Assembly: GCA_002269645.1 (NCBI GenBank)
Contig: NIVC01003159.1
Span: 1 to 64,000, forward strand
Origin: Macrostomum lignano
Lineage: Eukaryota
DNA length: 64,000 nt
Direction of reading: 5' to 3'
This document shows positions 1 to 11,328 of the stretch, in pieces. Made by a program: the position numbers and the translations under genes. The notes under the pieces are model-generated. The model was given only the letters and a program-made list of their open reading frames with translations, did no database searches and was not told where the DNA came from. Each line of letters starts with the position of its first letter. Position 1 is the stretch's first letter.

Positions 1-1694
1 ACGCGATTGGTTTTTTTCAAAAGATTTTTTGGTCCTCAGCGAAATTGCGTTCTGATGTTCGATGAAATGTACGTACAACCTTCCATTCGATATTGGCTGC
101 AAACATCTGATGGACGTGCTAGCGAGGATCCCAGTCAGGCTGCATGAACAGTTTTAGCCATCATGTAAAGCCTCTTTTTGGTGGAAAGCCGTTTGTGATG
201 CTATTAGTGCCCATTTTTTTTCTGGCTGCAGACTTTCTTCAACATCAGCTAAGTCACTGCATAGGCATCATCAACAGTCAAGGCGGTTCGCGTAATTGCA
301 CTGGTTTGCGATAAACCATCCTGTGAATCGAAAGTGTTTTTCTCTTTTTCGTGACAACCTTCACATCAAGCCCTGGATTGGCAGAGATCCCTCACAGGAG
401 TCCGTTTTCTATATGATAAACGACTCAGTGCATCTGTTGAAATGCCTTAGAAACAATTGGCAAACAGAAAAAACTGGAATACTCACACTCCATATACCAA
501 GCAATGGCCAGACTATATCGGCAAAGTGAAACAATTTGATCAGAGCATACAAAAGCGAAGAAAATCATGTTGTAAAGTGATCTGATCTAACCTTCGAAGC
601 TTGCTACCCATCTAGCATTCAAAAAACTAAAGTAAGTCTAGCTTTGCAAGTTTTTAATGAAAAAGTGGCAGCTGCACTTAAGTGCAATGGTCATTATGAA
701 ACTGCTAGCTTTGTGGAGACTATTTTAAAGTTGTGGAACATAGTGAACTGCAAGAATCTAGATCTACATGTTCGATTTAATGATCCCAGCAGGAAACCTA
801 TTTTTTCTGTTCATGACGACAACATCACATTTTTGAAAGATTTTGCCAAGTCTATCAAACAGTCATAGTGCGGAAAAGGGCGCACCCGCTACCGATGTCT
901 CACGGCTGAGACTAAGTTGGCTATTTCGTATTCCTTGCGTGGCATGGTGGACCTTTGCGAAGATCTGCTCTTGTATCCTGAAATTTCCTTTGTTCTACTA
1001 GGGAATTTTCAGAGCGATCCTCTAGAAGGAGAGTTTGGAGTTTATCGGCAGATGAGCGGTGGCAATTATTTTATATCTGTCGAGCAAGTCCTACTGAGTG
1101 CACGACTAAGACACATGAAAATTTTTGCAAGTCTTGAATTGGACAACTATCACCATAATAAGAGTCCATGTTGCACCAGGGAAATTTCTGAACAGGAACT
1201 GACAGCATTAGACAGCTGTCCATCAAATACAGATGGCATTGCTCTCTCAGAAAAGGCTTCCCTTTATTTCATCGCTGGTAAGATTTCTTTTCTTGCTGTA
1301 TCTAATTAGTATATAGCCCCCAACTAATTGTATTTTTGGTGAGCTAAAGTAGCAGTAATTAAATGGATCTTTTTCAGGCTATATCTGTGTCAAGGAGAAA
1401 ATTAAAGGTGTCGACAGAGAATTTGCATTTGCGGACAGCACAAAAGAAGAAGCCAGTGAATTCACTCAGTTACTATCGCGGGGAAAGCTACGGCACCCCC
1501 CAGAGTGGCTGTTTTCATTTCTAACTCTCTGCTACGCATGCTTCACTGCCCACTCACCCGTTTGTGCAACGAGAGTGCAGACACTATTTACAACTATAGC
1601 TGAAAATTTCTTTCATTACATTGACTTCAACGTCCAAGGTGTGACACGAAGAGCAACAAACACGTTCTTTAAGGACTTGTCCGGAGATCATTGA
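1..1694 (+). mobile_element. Decayed P-element/THAP9-like DNA transposase (catalytic and C-terminal part; 5' part lies outside the window)
   Basis: Fragments read VLMFDEMYVQPSIRY, KPLFGGKPFV, QVFNEKVAAALK, LLGNFQSDPLEGEFGVYRQMSGGNYFISVEQV and SEFTQLLSRGKLRHP..RRATNTFFK, typical of P-superfamily transposases. There are internal stops (e.g. TAG 866-868 between same-frame ORFs 644-868 and 917-1309) and frameshifts. A GT-AG intron at 1278-1377 joins FIAG|YICV. Confidence 0.85.
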
Positions 1695-2222
1695 AGGTGG
1701 GTCCATCATCCGTCACTGTTCAAGAGAGAAAGACAAAAAACTTAAAAGTGCATGATATTGCGGACCAGACAAGTTCATATCTATTGAAAATTCCCAACTA
1801 TTCAATGCTTAAATTTGTTAAATATTTTTTCGCATTTGTTCATTTTCTCGTCTGTGTATATATATGTTCAAACTTCACATATTTTAATGCTCATATCCAC
1901 TGTGTGAGTTAACTTTTTATTGTTCGTCTGTTCCATGTTCACTATTCACCCCTTACAAATAGCCCTCAATGTTACCTTATATGTTTTATGAACTATTTTT
2001 CCAGTGCACTTTCAAGTAAATATACACAGTTCATAAAAGCACCTGAATCTTAAAATTCACAGATATACTTGTAATAAAATATAAAATTTATTGAAGATTT
2101 ATTGAAATATTGAAATAGCTACTGCTGCATTGGCGCAGCCATAGATTCAACCAGCCTCGTAAAAACTTTGCCATGATTTGCCTAGTTTCCCATCCCGATG
2201 TTTGAGTAGTCCCTGGCCATTG

Positions 2223-2768
2223 CCCATAGTCAGGAAGGTAGCACAGTGTGTGCCGGAATAATTTTTTTGGGACGATTTGTGCGCCATCTATGCGCCATTT
2301 GTGCGCTGTCTGTGCGCCACTCTTCATAAGTAGAGTTTTCTAAGAAAGGCCTTCGTACGAAAAGCCTTTTTAAAATGTTACGCATATTTTCATCTTAAAC
2401 AAACTTAAATTATACTTACAAATAGAGTAATGCAAAGTTGACGTTTTTAGCAATAATTTATACTAATTTTATTTATTGTTAATTTAAATTTAAAAGAAGC
2501 AAAAAGTTTATCACTGACTTTCTAGACTATACAAATCTCCTTTATTTTACGTAAAATTGTTAATTTGCATTACAATTTTCATGCATGTCAGGGACCTTAT
2601 GCGCCACAATTATGCGCCGCATGCGCTAGGGACCTCAGTGTGCGCCATGATTGTGCACCAAGTGCACTAAGGACCCTTTGTGTGCGCCACGCTTGTGCAC
2701 CAATGTGCACCGAGACCTTTGTGTGCATGGGAATTTTCATCCTCAGAGGCCACCTTCCTGACTATGGG
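2223..2768. mobile_element. MITE-like element (546 bp)
   Basis: Perfect 17-bp TIR: CCCATAGTCAGGAAGGT (2223-2239) and ACCTTCCTGACTATGGG (2752-2768). Flanked by direct repeat CCATTG (2217-2222 and 2769-2774). Subterminal GTGCGCCA-type repeats; no coding capacity. Confidence 0.75.
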
Positions 2769-5568
2769 CCATTGCATGCCATGGGGTACTTTCTCTAAAC
2801 TGTGGTACGCTGTATATGCCAAAATTGGCCCAAAATTTCTCTATGTACGCCAGAATTTTCCAAGTAAAATGCCATCTTCCTGACTATATTATAAGGGGAG
2901 GGTAGTTGTAACTTATAACTACCCTCCCTTGCACTTGAGGATCTGGCAAATAGAGTATCTAGAGTATCTAGAGTAAATAGAGAAAGCTACCACAACAAAA
3001 CTGCACAATTTTTCTGGCTTTACAAGTGTCAAGATAGGCCTAATGAAAGTAGCACAACAAAGTTGAAACTGCCTTAACCCATTGGTGTCAGCAACAACCA
3101 ACTAACACATTTTTTTCTGTGCTGCCTCATTAGACATTAGGTTATATTCAAATTGTTAGGCTCCCTACAAGAAAAAGGCTTATGATATATTTTACAATTG
3201 AACTATTAGGCCTAATTTTTATTTAGTCTTAAAAACAAATAAAAACAATAGGCCCTATAAGGACTATATTGTAGACAGTTGTAAAGGCCTATGGCAGTGG
3301 CAATGGGCCAATGGCAATGGTATCAAAGGACAAAGATAGTAGTATGACAATTTGTTTCTAAGCAAAGCTAAAGCTAGAGGTAGAGGTAGAATCCACTCGA
3401 ATTTTCACAAATTGCTTTTTTATTCTATTTCTACTTCTGCCTAATTTCCTTGCAAAGTAAAAGATAGGTCTACTAACACCTAATTTGCAACAAGTAGTAG
3501 TAAATTTGGCTCAGGCAAGGAGCCTGTTTTGCCAATATTAAACGATGTATTTAGTATTTGTTAACAAACCTACTTTTCATTCAAAATTGAATTTTGTGTG
3601 CATATAACAAAGAATGGGACTCTAGTGGGAATAATGGGAATTTAGTTAAAATTTTTTAATGCTAAATTGATTTGGGACTTTGGGTTCGGTTCCGCGTGCC
3701 GGTGCCGGTAAGCCATTTCCGATTTCGGCGAAAGCTATTTCAAAATTAATAAATTTAAAAAGTAGGGCTCCATAGTAAGAGCTTAGCTGACTTAACAGTA
3801 AAATTTTTTTCTTTATTGCAGTTTTTTGACTAACTATTCCTGAGCCTACTCTTTTATATAAGTAGGTATTTGTTTAAAAGTTGTGCATTTTCCTAGAAAC
3901 TGATGCACAAAATCAGATCAGATCACCGCTGTGCATATTGCGGCCATAGGTACCGTTGGCCTAGAGTCTTGACAAATGCAGTATTTGGGATTTTATTAAT
4001 GAATTCAATCTATTAAGTTTGCCACGTCATGTCAATGTCACCCTATGTATCGTAGGCTCTTCAGCTTCAGCCTGACTAGTAGGCTAAGGCGCAGGCGGAT
4101 ATATTTTATAAGCAAGGCCTAGCCTAGGCAATAAATATATAAATAGGCCTACATAGATACATCATGTTGTACTAATAAGTATTGCATAATTCATTTCATT
4201 AGGCCTAATCTCAATTTTCCGAAACTTAGAACCTTGCACCAGAGCTAGCTAGGGCTTAACTTCTTTAAACAGTAAACTCTTAATTAAAAAAAAACTCTTC
4301 TATTGACTTTTTACTTTACTGTTTATTATTAACATTTATCATATGCACTTTTAAATATAAATGTTCACTATTTTAATTTTTTCAAAAACAAAAAGAAAAA
4401 AGTACTGCATCTTAAGCTGGCATCAGTCAATAAGTCATGTTACTTCTAGTAAATTTGGCAACAAGAAATTTTTTCAGCTAGGCCTAGCTTTTTTAGTGAT
4501 GAGCGGTGAGCTATAGTTTCCTATGGCTATATTCCTAGTTTCCTATAGGAAAAATTCCTATATGACATGCATGGTCTTTCAAAAATCTGCAAGTGGCACA
4601 TAGCCATTTTTACTAACATATAGCTAGGCCCTATGTATTTATTTATGTGTGTGCATAGCAAATTATCCAGACTTAAGGTTACAAAATTCCAAGAAAATTC
4701 CAGCATATAATTATTAATAATATTATAAATGGATCCATGTCAATAATTTTCAGCTTATCCCCATGGCTAAGATTGTGCAGTTGTTTGTGTTTAGTTTTGT
4801 GTACTAACATAACATCAATATTGTCATTATTATTAGTAGCCCCTAAGGCCTAATATTATCTTTATTATTATATATTGATAGTTGAATTTTGCAAGTCTTA
4901 TTCGCATTCTTTGGGTCATTTGGTTGTTCTAAGTAAAGCCGGCAGCTAAGCAAATATTTAAAATTAACCCTTTTAATGACAAAAAGTTTTAACAAAGTTT
5001 TAACTTGATACTATTTAGTATTCAATACATGTAGTTTATTTGGAAGGTTTGTAAAATAGTAAAAACAAAAAGACTTTTTGATTTTTGAACAAATTCATTT
5101 CAAGGTTCTTTATTCCAATAAGCTGCCATAGGAATAAGCTGGAAATTATTGACATATCTGTGTGGATAAAATTGGAATTATTGACACGGCTTATAGACTT
5201 GAATGGTGGCAGCTATTTCAATAAGCTACTGTGGAGATAAGCTAGAAATGATTGACACAGAACCATATGTATAAAATTGGAATTATCAGCATGGGACTGT
5301 GGGGATAAGCACTTCCATAAATGATACCTTTTAAAGTTGGCATACAAATTTCAAAGTTCAAATTCATGCAAAAAATGGCATACAGTTTTCATTGTACAAA
5401 ATCATGCCAATTTTTTGTGTACTGCATACATGAAAATTGTAATATAAATCCACACTCTAGATCATGCAGTATGTACCCAAAACTTGTGCATGCATTGGCC
5501 TTGCATGCCAAAAGTAATTGTGTGTATGCATACAAATAGTGTGTACAAATAGTGTGTATGCATACCTA

Positions 5569-5730
5569 ACTTACTTGACTTAGCTGCAGAAGGCATCTGG
5601 CGGATGCAACAGGGAGGTGGAAAAGACTGCCTATTCTACTAGGCCTTGGCAACCAGACTTCTATTCAAGTGATGTTGCTAAGGGGACCCATTGGTCTTGC
5701 CTATAGTGCAGTCTTCCTTACCAGCATTGG
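5569..5730 (-). mobile_element. 3' end remnant of a LINE/SINE (RTE-like tail)
   Basis: The minus strand ends in CTGCAGCTAAGTCAAGTAAGT, identical over 21 nt to 62001-62021. Short AAGT-type terminal repeats are typical of RTE-clade 3' ends. The other boundary is approximate. Confidence 0.4.
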
Positions 5731-6189
5731 GGGAAGAGATCAGCTCATCCTGTCCCTTAGGTACTAGGCGAGTAGCAGAATGTGTGCATACCTGGCATGC
5801 ACTTCATAGAATCACATAGAAGAGAAAAAGATGAAAATAGGTTTATTTTAAGCATAAATTTCAAGCCTTTTGGATTTTTAAGCTCATAATAAAGCATTTA
5901 AACAAATCTTTACATATATTAATTTTCCACTATAAATAGTATTGTCAAAAAAAGCAGAAAAATGAACCAAATTATTTGCCAAAAAAGGTTTATTACACAA
6001 TTGAAAAAAGTTTATTTATTGTCACAATATTTAAAAAGGGTCATTTATTGTTGCAACTTTTGTAAAAGTAACAAAAATATAACAAAAAAGTTTTCACAGA
6101 GATAACACACATTTGTCTAAATTGAATATATCCCTAGACTACAAGCATCCGGCTATCTTCCTAAATAGCTAGTATTCATTGGCAGCAAG

Positions 6190-6590
6190 CATCCTCTAAT
6201 GACAAGCACCCCCTCCCTGCCTCAAGGTAGCAAATATACAAGATAGCAAGCACTCCACAGATAAAAGCAATCCTAGACAGTAAGCATCATACCCCCCCCC
6301 CCCAAGATAGCAAGCATATGCCCAAATATAATAGCAAGCATACCTTCCATTTAATACAATACCAAGCATCCCCCAGTTAGCATATTCCAAGATGGCAAGT
6401 ACCCCCCCCCTTCTCAAGAACAAACCTCTTGCCTCCCCAATATCAAGCATCCCCTAATCATCTAGTCCAATAATGATGTCTCATTAAGTGCAATAATCTT
6501 TTACTTATCAAGTGCATTAATCCTTTGCTTATTAAGTGCAGTAATCCTTGGCTTATCAAGTGCAGTATTCCTTGGCTTATCAAGTACTTT
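6190..6590. repeat. Diverged tandem repeats (GCAAGCATCCCC-type units, then ~24-bp ATCAAGTGCAGTAATCCTTGGCTT units)
   Basis: Repeated motifs visible directly in the sequence. Confidence 0.7.
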
Positions 6591-7079
6591 CTATAAGCTT
6601 TCAATAAACTACTAAGATTCAAACCCAGGTTGTTGCATTAGCAGTTCAGTCTATTCATATCTAGGTTAGCTCTCGTTGAATTTATATATGAATTTGTAGC
6701 TCTTATAATTCAATACTCACACCAAAGTCAGTGATGACATAATCAATTTCTGAGCCAAGTCAGTACTAGCCGCTATGGTAACTTATTGTTTATAACTTTT
6801 GTATTAATATATAAATTAGATATTTGTCTAAATGTAGCCTATATAAAACTATTCAAGCTTGACTCAACTACTTAAAATGTGTTTTACTGGGAAAACTAGT
6901 TTACTAGTTTACATACATAAAATGTGTACAGTTCTTTTCTTCGCTGTACAGTTCTTTTCTACTTGCTCTAACACTAAACTGTGTGCTCAGGATTGAGCAG
7001 TTGCTGCAGTCTAACGGAGCCGCACACCAACTTGCAGTCCAACAGTCTCAAGCACAGCAGCGCCGTCCAGCGCCAGTGA

Positions 7080-9638
7080 ATGAGCAGCGACACGGATCCG
7101 CAGGCTGCTCACAGCCAGTCTGGCTGCGTCAGCCTTGAAGACGCCCGCGCAATCTGCGACCGTCTGGTTGCTCAGCTGCTCCGTGACGAGTCCCAGCTGC
7201 AGCTGGAGACGGTGTGCGAGTGTGGCAAGCAGATCTCCAAGCTGTACTATGACTGCAAAGAGCACAGGCCGGCTCTGGCGCGCCACCTGCACAGCCTGGG
7301 CTACCCGCAGTTCGCTGTCCGCACAATGAAGCGATTAAACAGTTTAGGCGTGTTTAAAAATGACGATATCTGGTTCTCATCGCACTATCTGTACACAGCG
7401 GCTCTGAACTACTCTGAGCAGAGCGCCGAGTTTGCCGGCGCCCTGGCCAGCAGCGGCATCACCAACCTGCTAGTGGCGAACATCGGCCACCGGCCTTACC
7501 TGGACAATCTGGCTAGCAAGAATGTGGTCTACCTGATCCGGGCCTCGCTCAGCCTGCTGTACCGGCTGCTGTGGCACAGTCCTGACTATGCTGTCCAGCT
7601 CACTTCCGGCGGCGATGCCGGGGTGGTTGTTGGCGGCGGCGGGTTCGCGTTGAAGCGCGGCCTGCTGGACTTGGCGGGCGGCGCGTCTCAGGCGCCGGAG
7701 GCTGTCCGCTGTCTGTGCCTGTTCGTGCTGTCCCGGCTGCTCTGCGAGGCCGACTGCGGCGCCTTGCTAGGGGGGGATGACGGTCAGCAACTGCTGGCGA
7801 GGTGAGCTGCCGAGCTGCATTTTTGGGCAGGTTGGGATCGGGGGGGGCAGATTGGGAATGGGGGGGGGCAGATTGGGAATCGGGGGTGGGGGCAGATTGG
7901 GAATCGGGGTAAGGGGGGGCAGATTGGGAATCGGAGGGGGAGGGCAGATTGGGAATCGGGGTAAGGGGGGCAGATTGGGAATCGGGGTAAGGGGGCAGAT
8001 TGGGAATCGAGGGGGGGGGCAGATTGAAAATCGGGGGAGGGACAGATTGGGAATCGGAGGGGGAGGGCAGATTGGGAATCGGGGTAAGGGGGGCAGATTG
8101 AGAGTCGAGGGGGGGGGCAGATTGAAAATCGGGGGGGGGGAGGAGCAGATTGGGAATCGGAGGGGGAGTGCAGATTGGCAATCGGGGTAAGGGGGGGGCA
8201 GATTGAAAATCGGGGGAGGAGCAGATTGGGAATCGGAGGGGAGTGCAGATTGGGAATCGGGGTAAGGGGGGGGCAGATTGAAAATCGGGGGAGGAGCAGA
8301 TTGGGAATCGGAGGGGGAGTGCAGATTAGGAATCGGGTAAGGGGGGGGGTAGATTGGGAATCGAGGGGGGGGCAGATTGGGAATCGCCCGGGCGGATTGA
8401 AAATCGGGGGGGGGCGCCAGACTGAATGGGTAAGTAGTCATAAGAGTAAATCGTCAATAGCAAAATGAATTCGGGCATCCCGCAGGCTCCGCCAACTGGT
8501 GCAGTGGACGGACCGCCTGTTGAAGAGTCCCGACAGGCGCCTGCTTGGCTTCGGCCTGTCGGACTTCGCCTCCTGCTGGACCGCCCTGAGCGGCCAGGCC
8601 TACCTTGTTGACAGCCTGTGCCAGTGCGGCGCGCCACAGCTCATGCTTGACGGCCTCCGCGATCCTGGCTTCGCCGAAGCCGACCGTCGGGCCGCCCTGC
8701 TGGCCGTCTGGGGCCTCGCCATGCACCGGCGATCGCGCGCCTTCCTGCTGGAGCGCTGCGGCTGCGCCGGCGCCCTACTGAAGCTGCAGAACGGCGGCGC
8801 CTGCCCGCCTGGCCTCCTGCCGCTGGTCGACTGCCTGCTCCGCGTGCTGCAGGACGAAGCTCCATCGCCGCTGCCGCACCAACGCCATCGCCAGCCTCCG
8901 CAGGCGGTGCTGTCGCATCATCCGGCCAACCGGGAGCTGGCAGTTCGAATCCGCGACCGGCTTCGAGCTCGCGGCCTCGCCGTGCGACTGTCCTGCCCAG
9001 CGGGCGACTCGCAGCCTCCGCCGGGCGTCTCCATCGCAGAGGCCTCCGTGGTGCTGCTTGGCCTCAGCGAGGCGTTCAGGGCCAGCCCGCTGTGCCGGGC
9101 GGAGGCCGAGGCCGCCGCGCTGACGGCCGCTGACCGGCCGGTGCTGCCCGTCTGCCTGCTGGCTCGCTGGCGGCCCGAAGGTTGGCTGGCGGCGCTCGTC
9201 GGGCAGCTCAACGGCGGCGGCGGCGGCGGGATGCTGGCGGACCTCGCCGGCTGCCGGGACTTCGAGGCGGCATGCGGCCAGCTGGCCAGGCGGGTGTCCG
9301 AGCTGCTGACGCCGTCGGCGATGGGCAGCGGCAGCGGCAGTTCTCCGCAGTCGCTGCTGGCCTCAGCGGCGCACGGCCTGGCGCCGGTGAACGGGTCGGG
9401 CGGCTCCGAGGCCTCTGCCGTGCAGCTGTGGACGCAGGCGGACGTGGCCAGCTGGCTGGAGGCGGTCGGGCTGGCCGGCCTTCGGTCGCAGTTCGCCGGC
9501 ATCGACGGCCGGCTGCTGCACCAGCTGATGCGGATGCGGGCGGAGGCGCCGGATTATTTCTACAGATCCTTGGAGCAGCAGTGGCGCCTGGAGCTCATCG
9601 ACGTGCTGCGACTGGCCGACGCTCTGGAGAAGCTGTGA
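7080..9638 (+). CDS. ARM/HEAT-like repeats + TIR (TIR_2-type) + SAM domain protein, ~624 aa, 2 coding exons
   Basis: join(7080..7801,8486..9638) = 1875 nt. ATG is immediately preceded by an in-frame TGA; phase-2 intron AG|GTGAG...CGCAG|G. TIR region VLSHH..LAVRIRDRLRARGLAV..SVVLLGLSEAFRASPLCRAEAEAA..RPVLPV..WRPEGWLAALVG. SAM region VQLWTQADVASWLEAVGL..IDGRLLHQL..APDYFYRSL..LIDVLRLADALEKL. The N-terminal exon is helical and ARM-like (ALNYSEQSAEFAGALASSGITNLL). Confidence 0.85.
7820..8415 (+). repeat. G-rich intronic minisatellite (~26-28 bp, GCAGATTGGGAATCGGGGTAAGGGGGG)
   Basis: Fills most of intron 7802-8485; each unit carries several G-runs. Confidence 0.9.
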
Positions 9639-9737
9639 CGACACTTGATTGTTATGCCGTAGTCTGGTCATCTGATGCTTGTTTTCGCGCGTGCAATGTC
9701 TTCTATGCCTTACTGGGGGTTGCGGAGTGTCGGGAGA

Positions 9738-9980
9738 CTAATTAGATGACGAGGAATTGACTTAGTTACTCTAGCCGTTTACCCTATCCTAGTAGATGAC
9801 GAGGCGTCTGGTATTTGATTGCTATGGATAGTTACTCCAGCCGTTTACTATGCGAAACTAATTATCTCACGAGGCCACATTATGTATAGCTACTCCCGCC
9901 GTTTACCCAATTTTTATGTCTAATTAGGTGACGAGGGGCGCTTCGGTTTCTACACAGGTAGAGTTACTCCAGCCGTCTAC
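9738..9980. repeat. Four bipartite repeats (two conserved boxes with variable spacers) just 3' of the TIR gene
   Basis: Box A ~CTAATTAGATGACGAGG and box B ~TAGTTACTCCAGCCGTTTAC, each present four times. Confidence 0.8.
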
Positions 9981-10594
9981 CTTCTGGGGCCAGATTTTTT
10001 CTCCGCCGATCTATTTTTAACCGATTTCGAACTTCGCCCTTAATGAGTCCCGAGAATGGGGAACTACTTTGCTCACTTCGATTTTCAGTTAATCGCCGGC
10101 ACTAATTGAGCACAAGGCCTTGATTTACTGCATTGCTGTCTGCAGCTGTGCGTGATGCAAAAGTGCAGATGAGGCATTGCTATTCTTTAACTGAGCACAC
10201 ATTTTGTTTTAAACAGTATTGAGAAGTTACATGAGCACAGGCTGAGTGCGCGTCTGAATAATATGCTGCTTCTTAGAATTTCATTAGATTCCAATTGCTG
10301 CTTTTATTGATTTCTGTTAGCACTTACAAAACTGACCAAAATGCTTTTGGAGCGACATTTCCTGCGTGTTTTGAATTCTAGACTTGTTTTGCACCCCCTG
10401 TTCTGTATTGAACTCTCTCTTACCTGACTGCGTTGACAACCTAAATGCGATATTTTTGTACATTTATACTGTTTCTCAGCGTGTTCGCTTCATCTTTATT
10501 TGGATCATTGTTGTGCTACCTACAGCTGAAACCATTTAAAACGGTTTGGAAATTTGTTTAAATGTGCTTCTGATTATTGCTTGGATTCGTTACT

Positions 10595-11328
10595 TAGATT
10601 AGATTGGTTAGATGAGATTAGATTGGTTAGATGAGATTAGATTGGTTAGATGAGATTAGATTGGTTAGATGAGATTAGATTGGTTAGATGAGATTAGATT
10701 GGTTAGATGAGATTAGATTGGTTAGCTGAGATTAGATTGGTTAGATGGGATTAGATTGGTTAGATGAGATTAGATTGGTTAGATGAGATTAGATTGGTTA
10801 GATGAGATTAGATTGGTTAGATGAGATTAGATTAGTTAGATGAGATTAGATTGGTTAGATGAGATTAGATTGGTTAGATGAGATTAGATTGGTTAGATGG
10901 GATTAGATTGGTTAGATGAGATTAGATTGGTTAGATGGGATTAGATTGGTTAGATGGGATTAGATTGGTTAGATGAGATTAGATTGGTTAGCTGAGATTA
11001 GATTGGTTAGATCAGATTAGATTGGTTAGATCAGATTAGATTGGTTAGATGAGATTAGATTGGTTAGCTGAGATTAGATTGGTTAGATGAGATAGATTGG
11101 TTAGCTGAGATTAGATTGGTTAGATGAGAGAAGATTGGTTGGATGAGATTAGATTAGATTGGTTAGATCAGATTAGATTGGTTGAATCAGATTAGATTGG
11201 CTAGACAACATTAGATTGGTTAGATGAGATTAAATTGTTTAGATAAGATTAGATTGGTTCGATGAGATTAGATTGGTTAGATCAGATTAGATTGGTTAGA
11301 TGAGACTAGATTGGTTCGATGAGATTAG
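10595..11328. repeat. 19-bp minisatellite (GAGATTAGATTGGTTAGAT)n
   Basis: About 38 tandem copies, degenerating towards the 3' end. Confidence 0.95.

Noticed and set aside
7600-8468. Pro- or Gly-rich ORFs across the TIR-gene intron
   Set aside because: They are translations of the G-rich minisatellite.
8326-9745. Several overlapping or antisense ORFs over the TIR-SAM exon
   Set aside because: They are shadow frames of a very GC-rich exon and show no independent motifs.
9738-9980. CRISPR array or hammerhead/twister ribozyme interpretation of the bipartite repeat
   Set aside because: Eukaryotic context, no cas genes, and spacers too short and variable. The TGACGAG box lacks the upstream C and a properly placed GAAA with stem II, and there is no twister GGTCCCAAGCC core.
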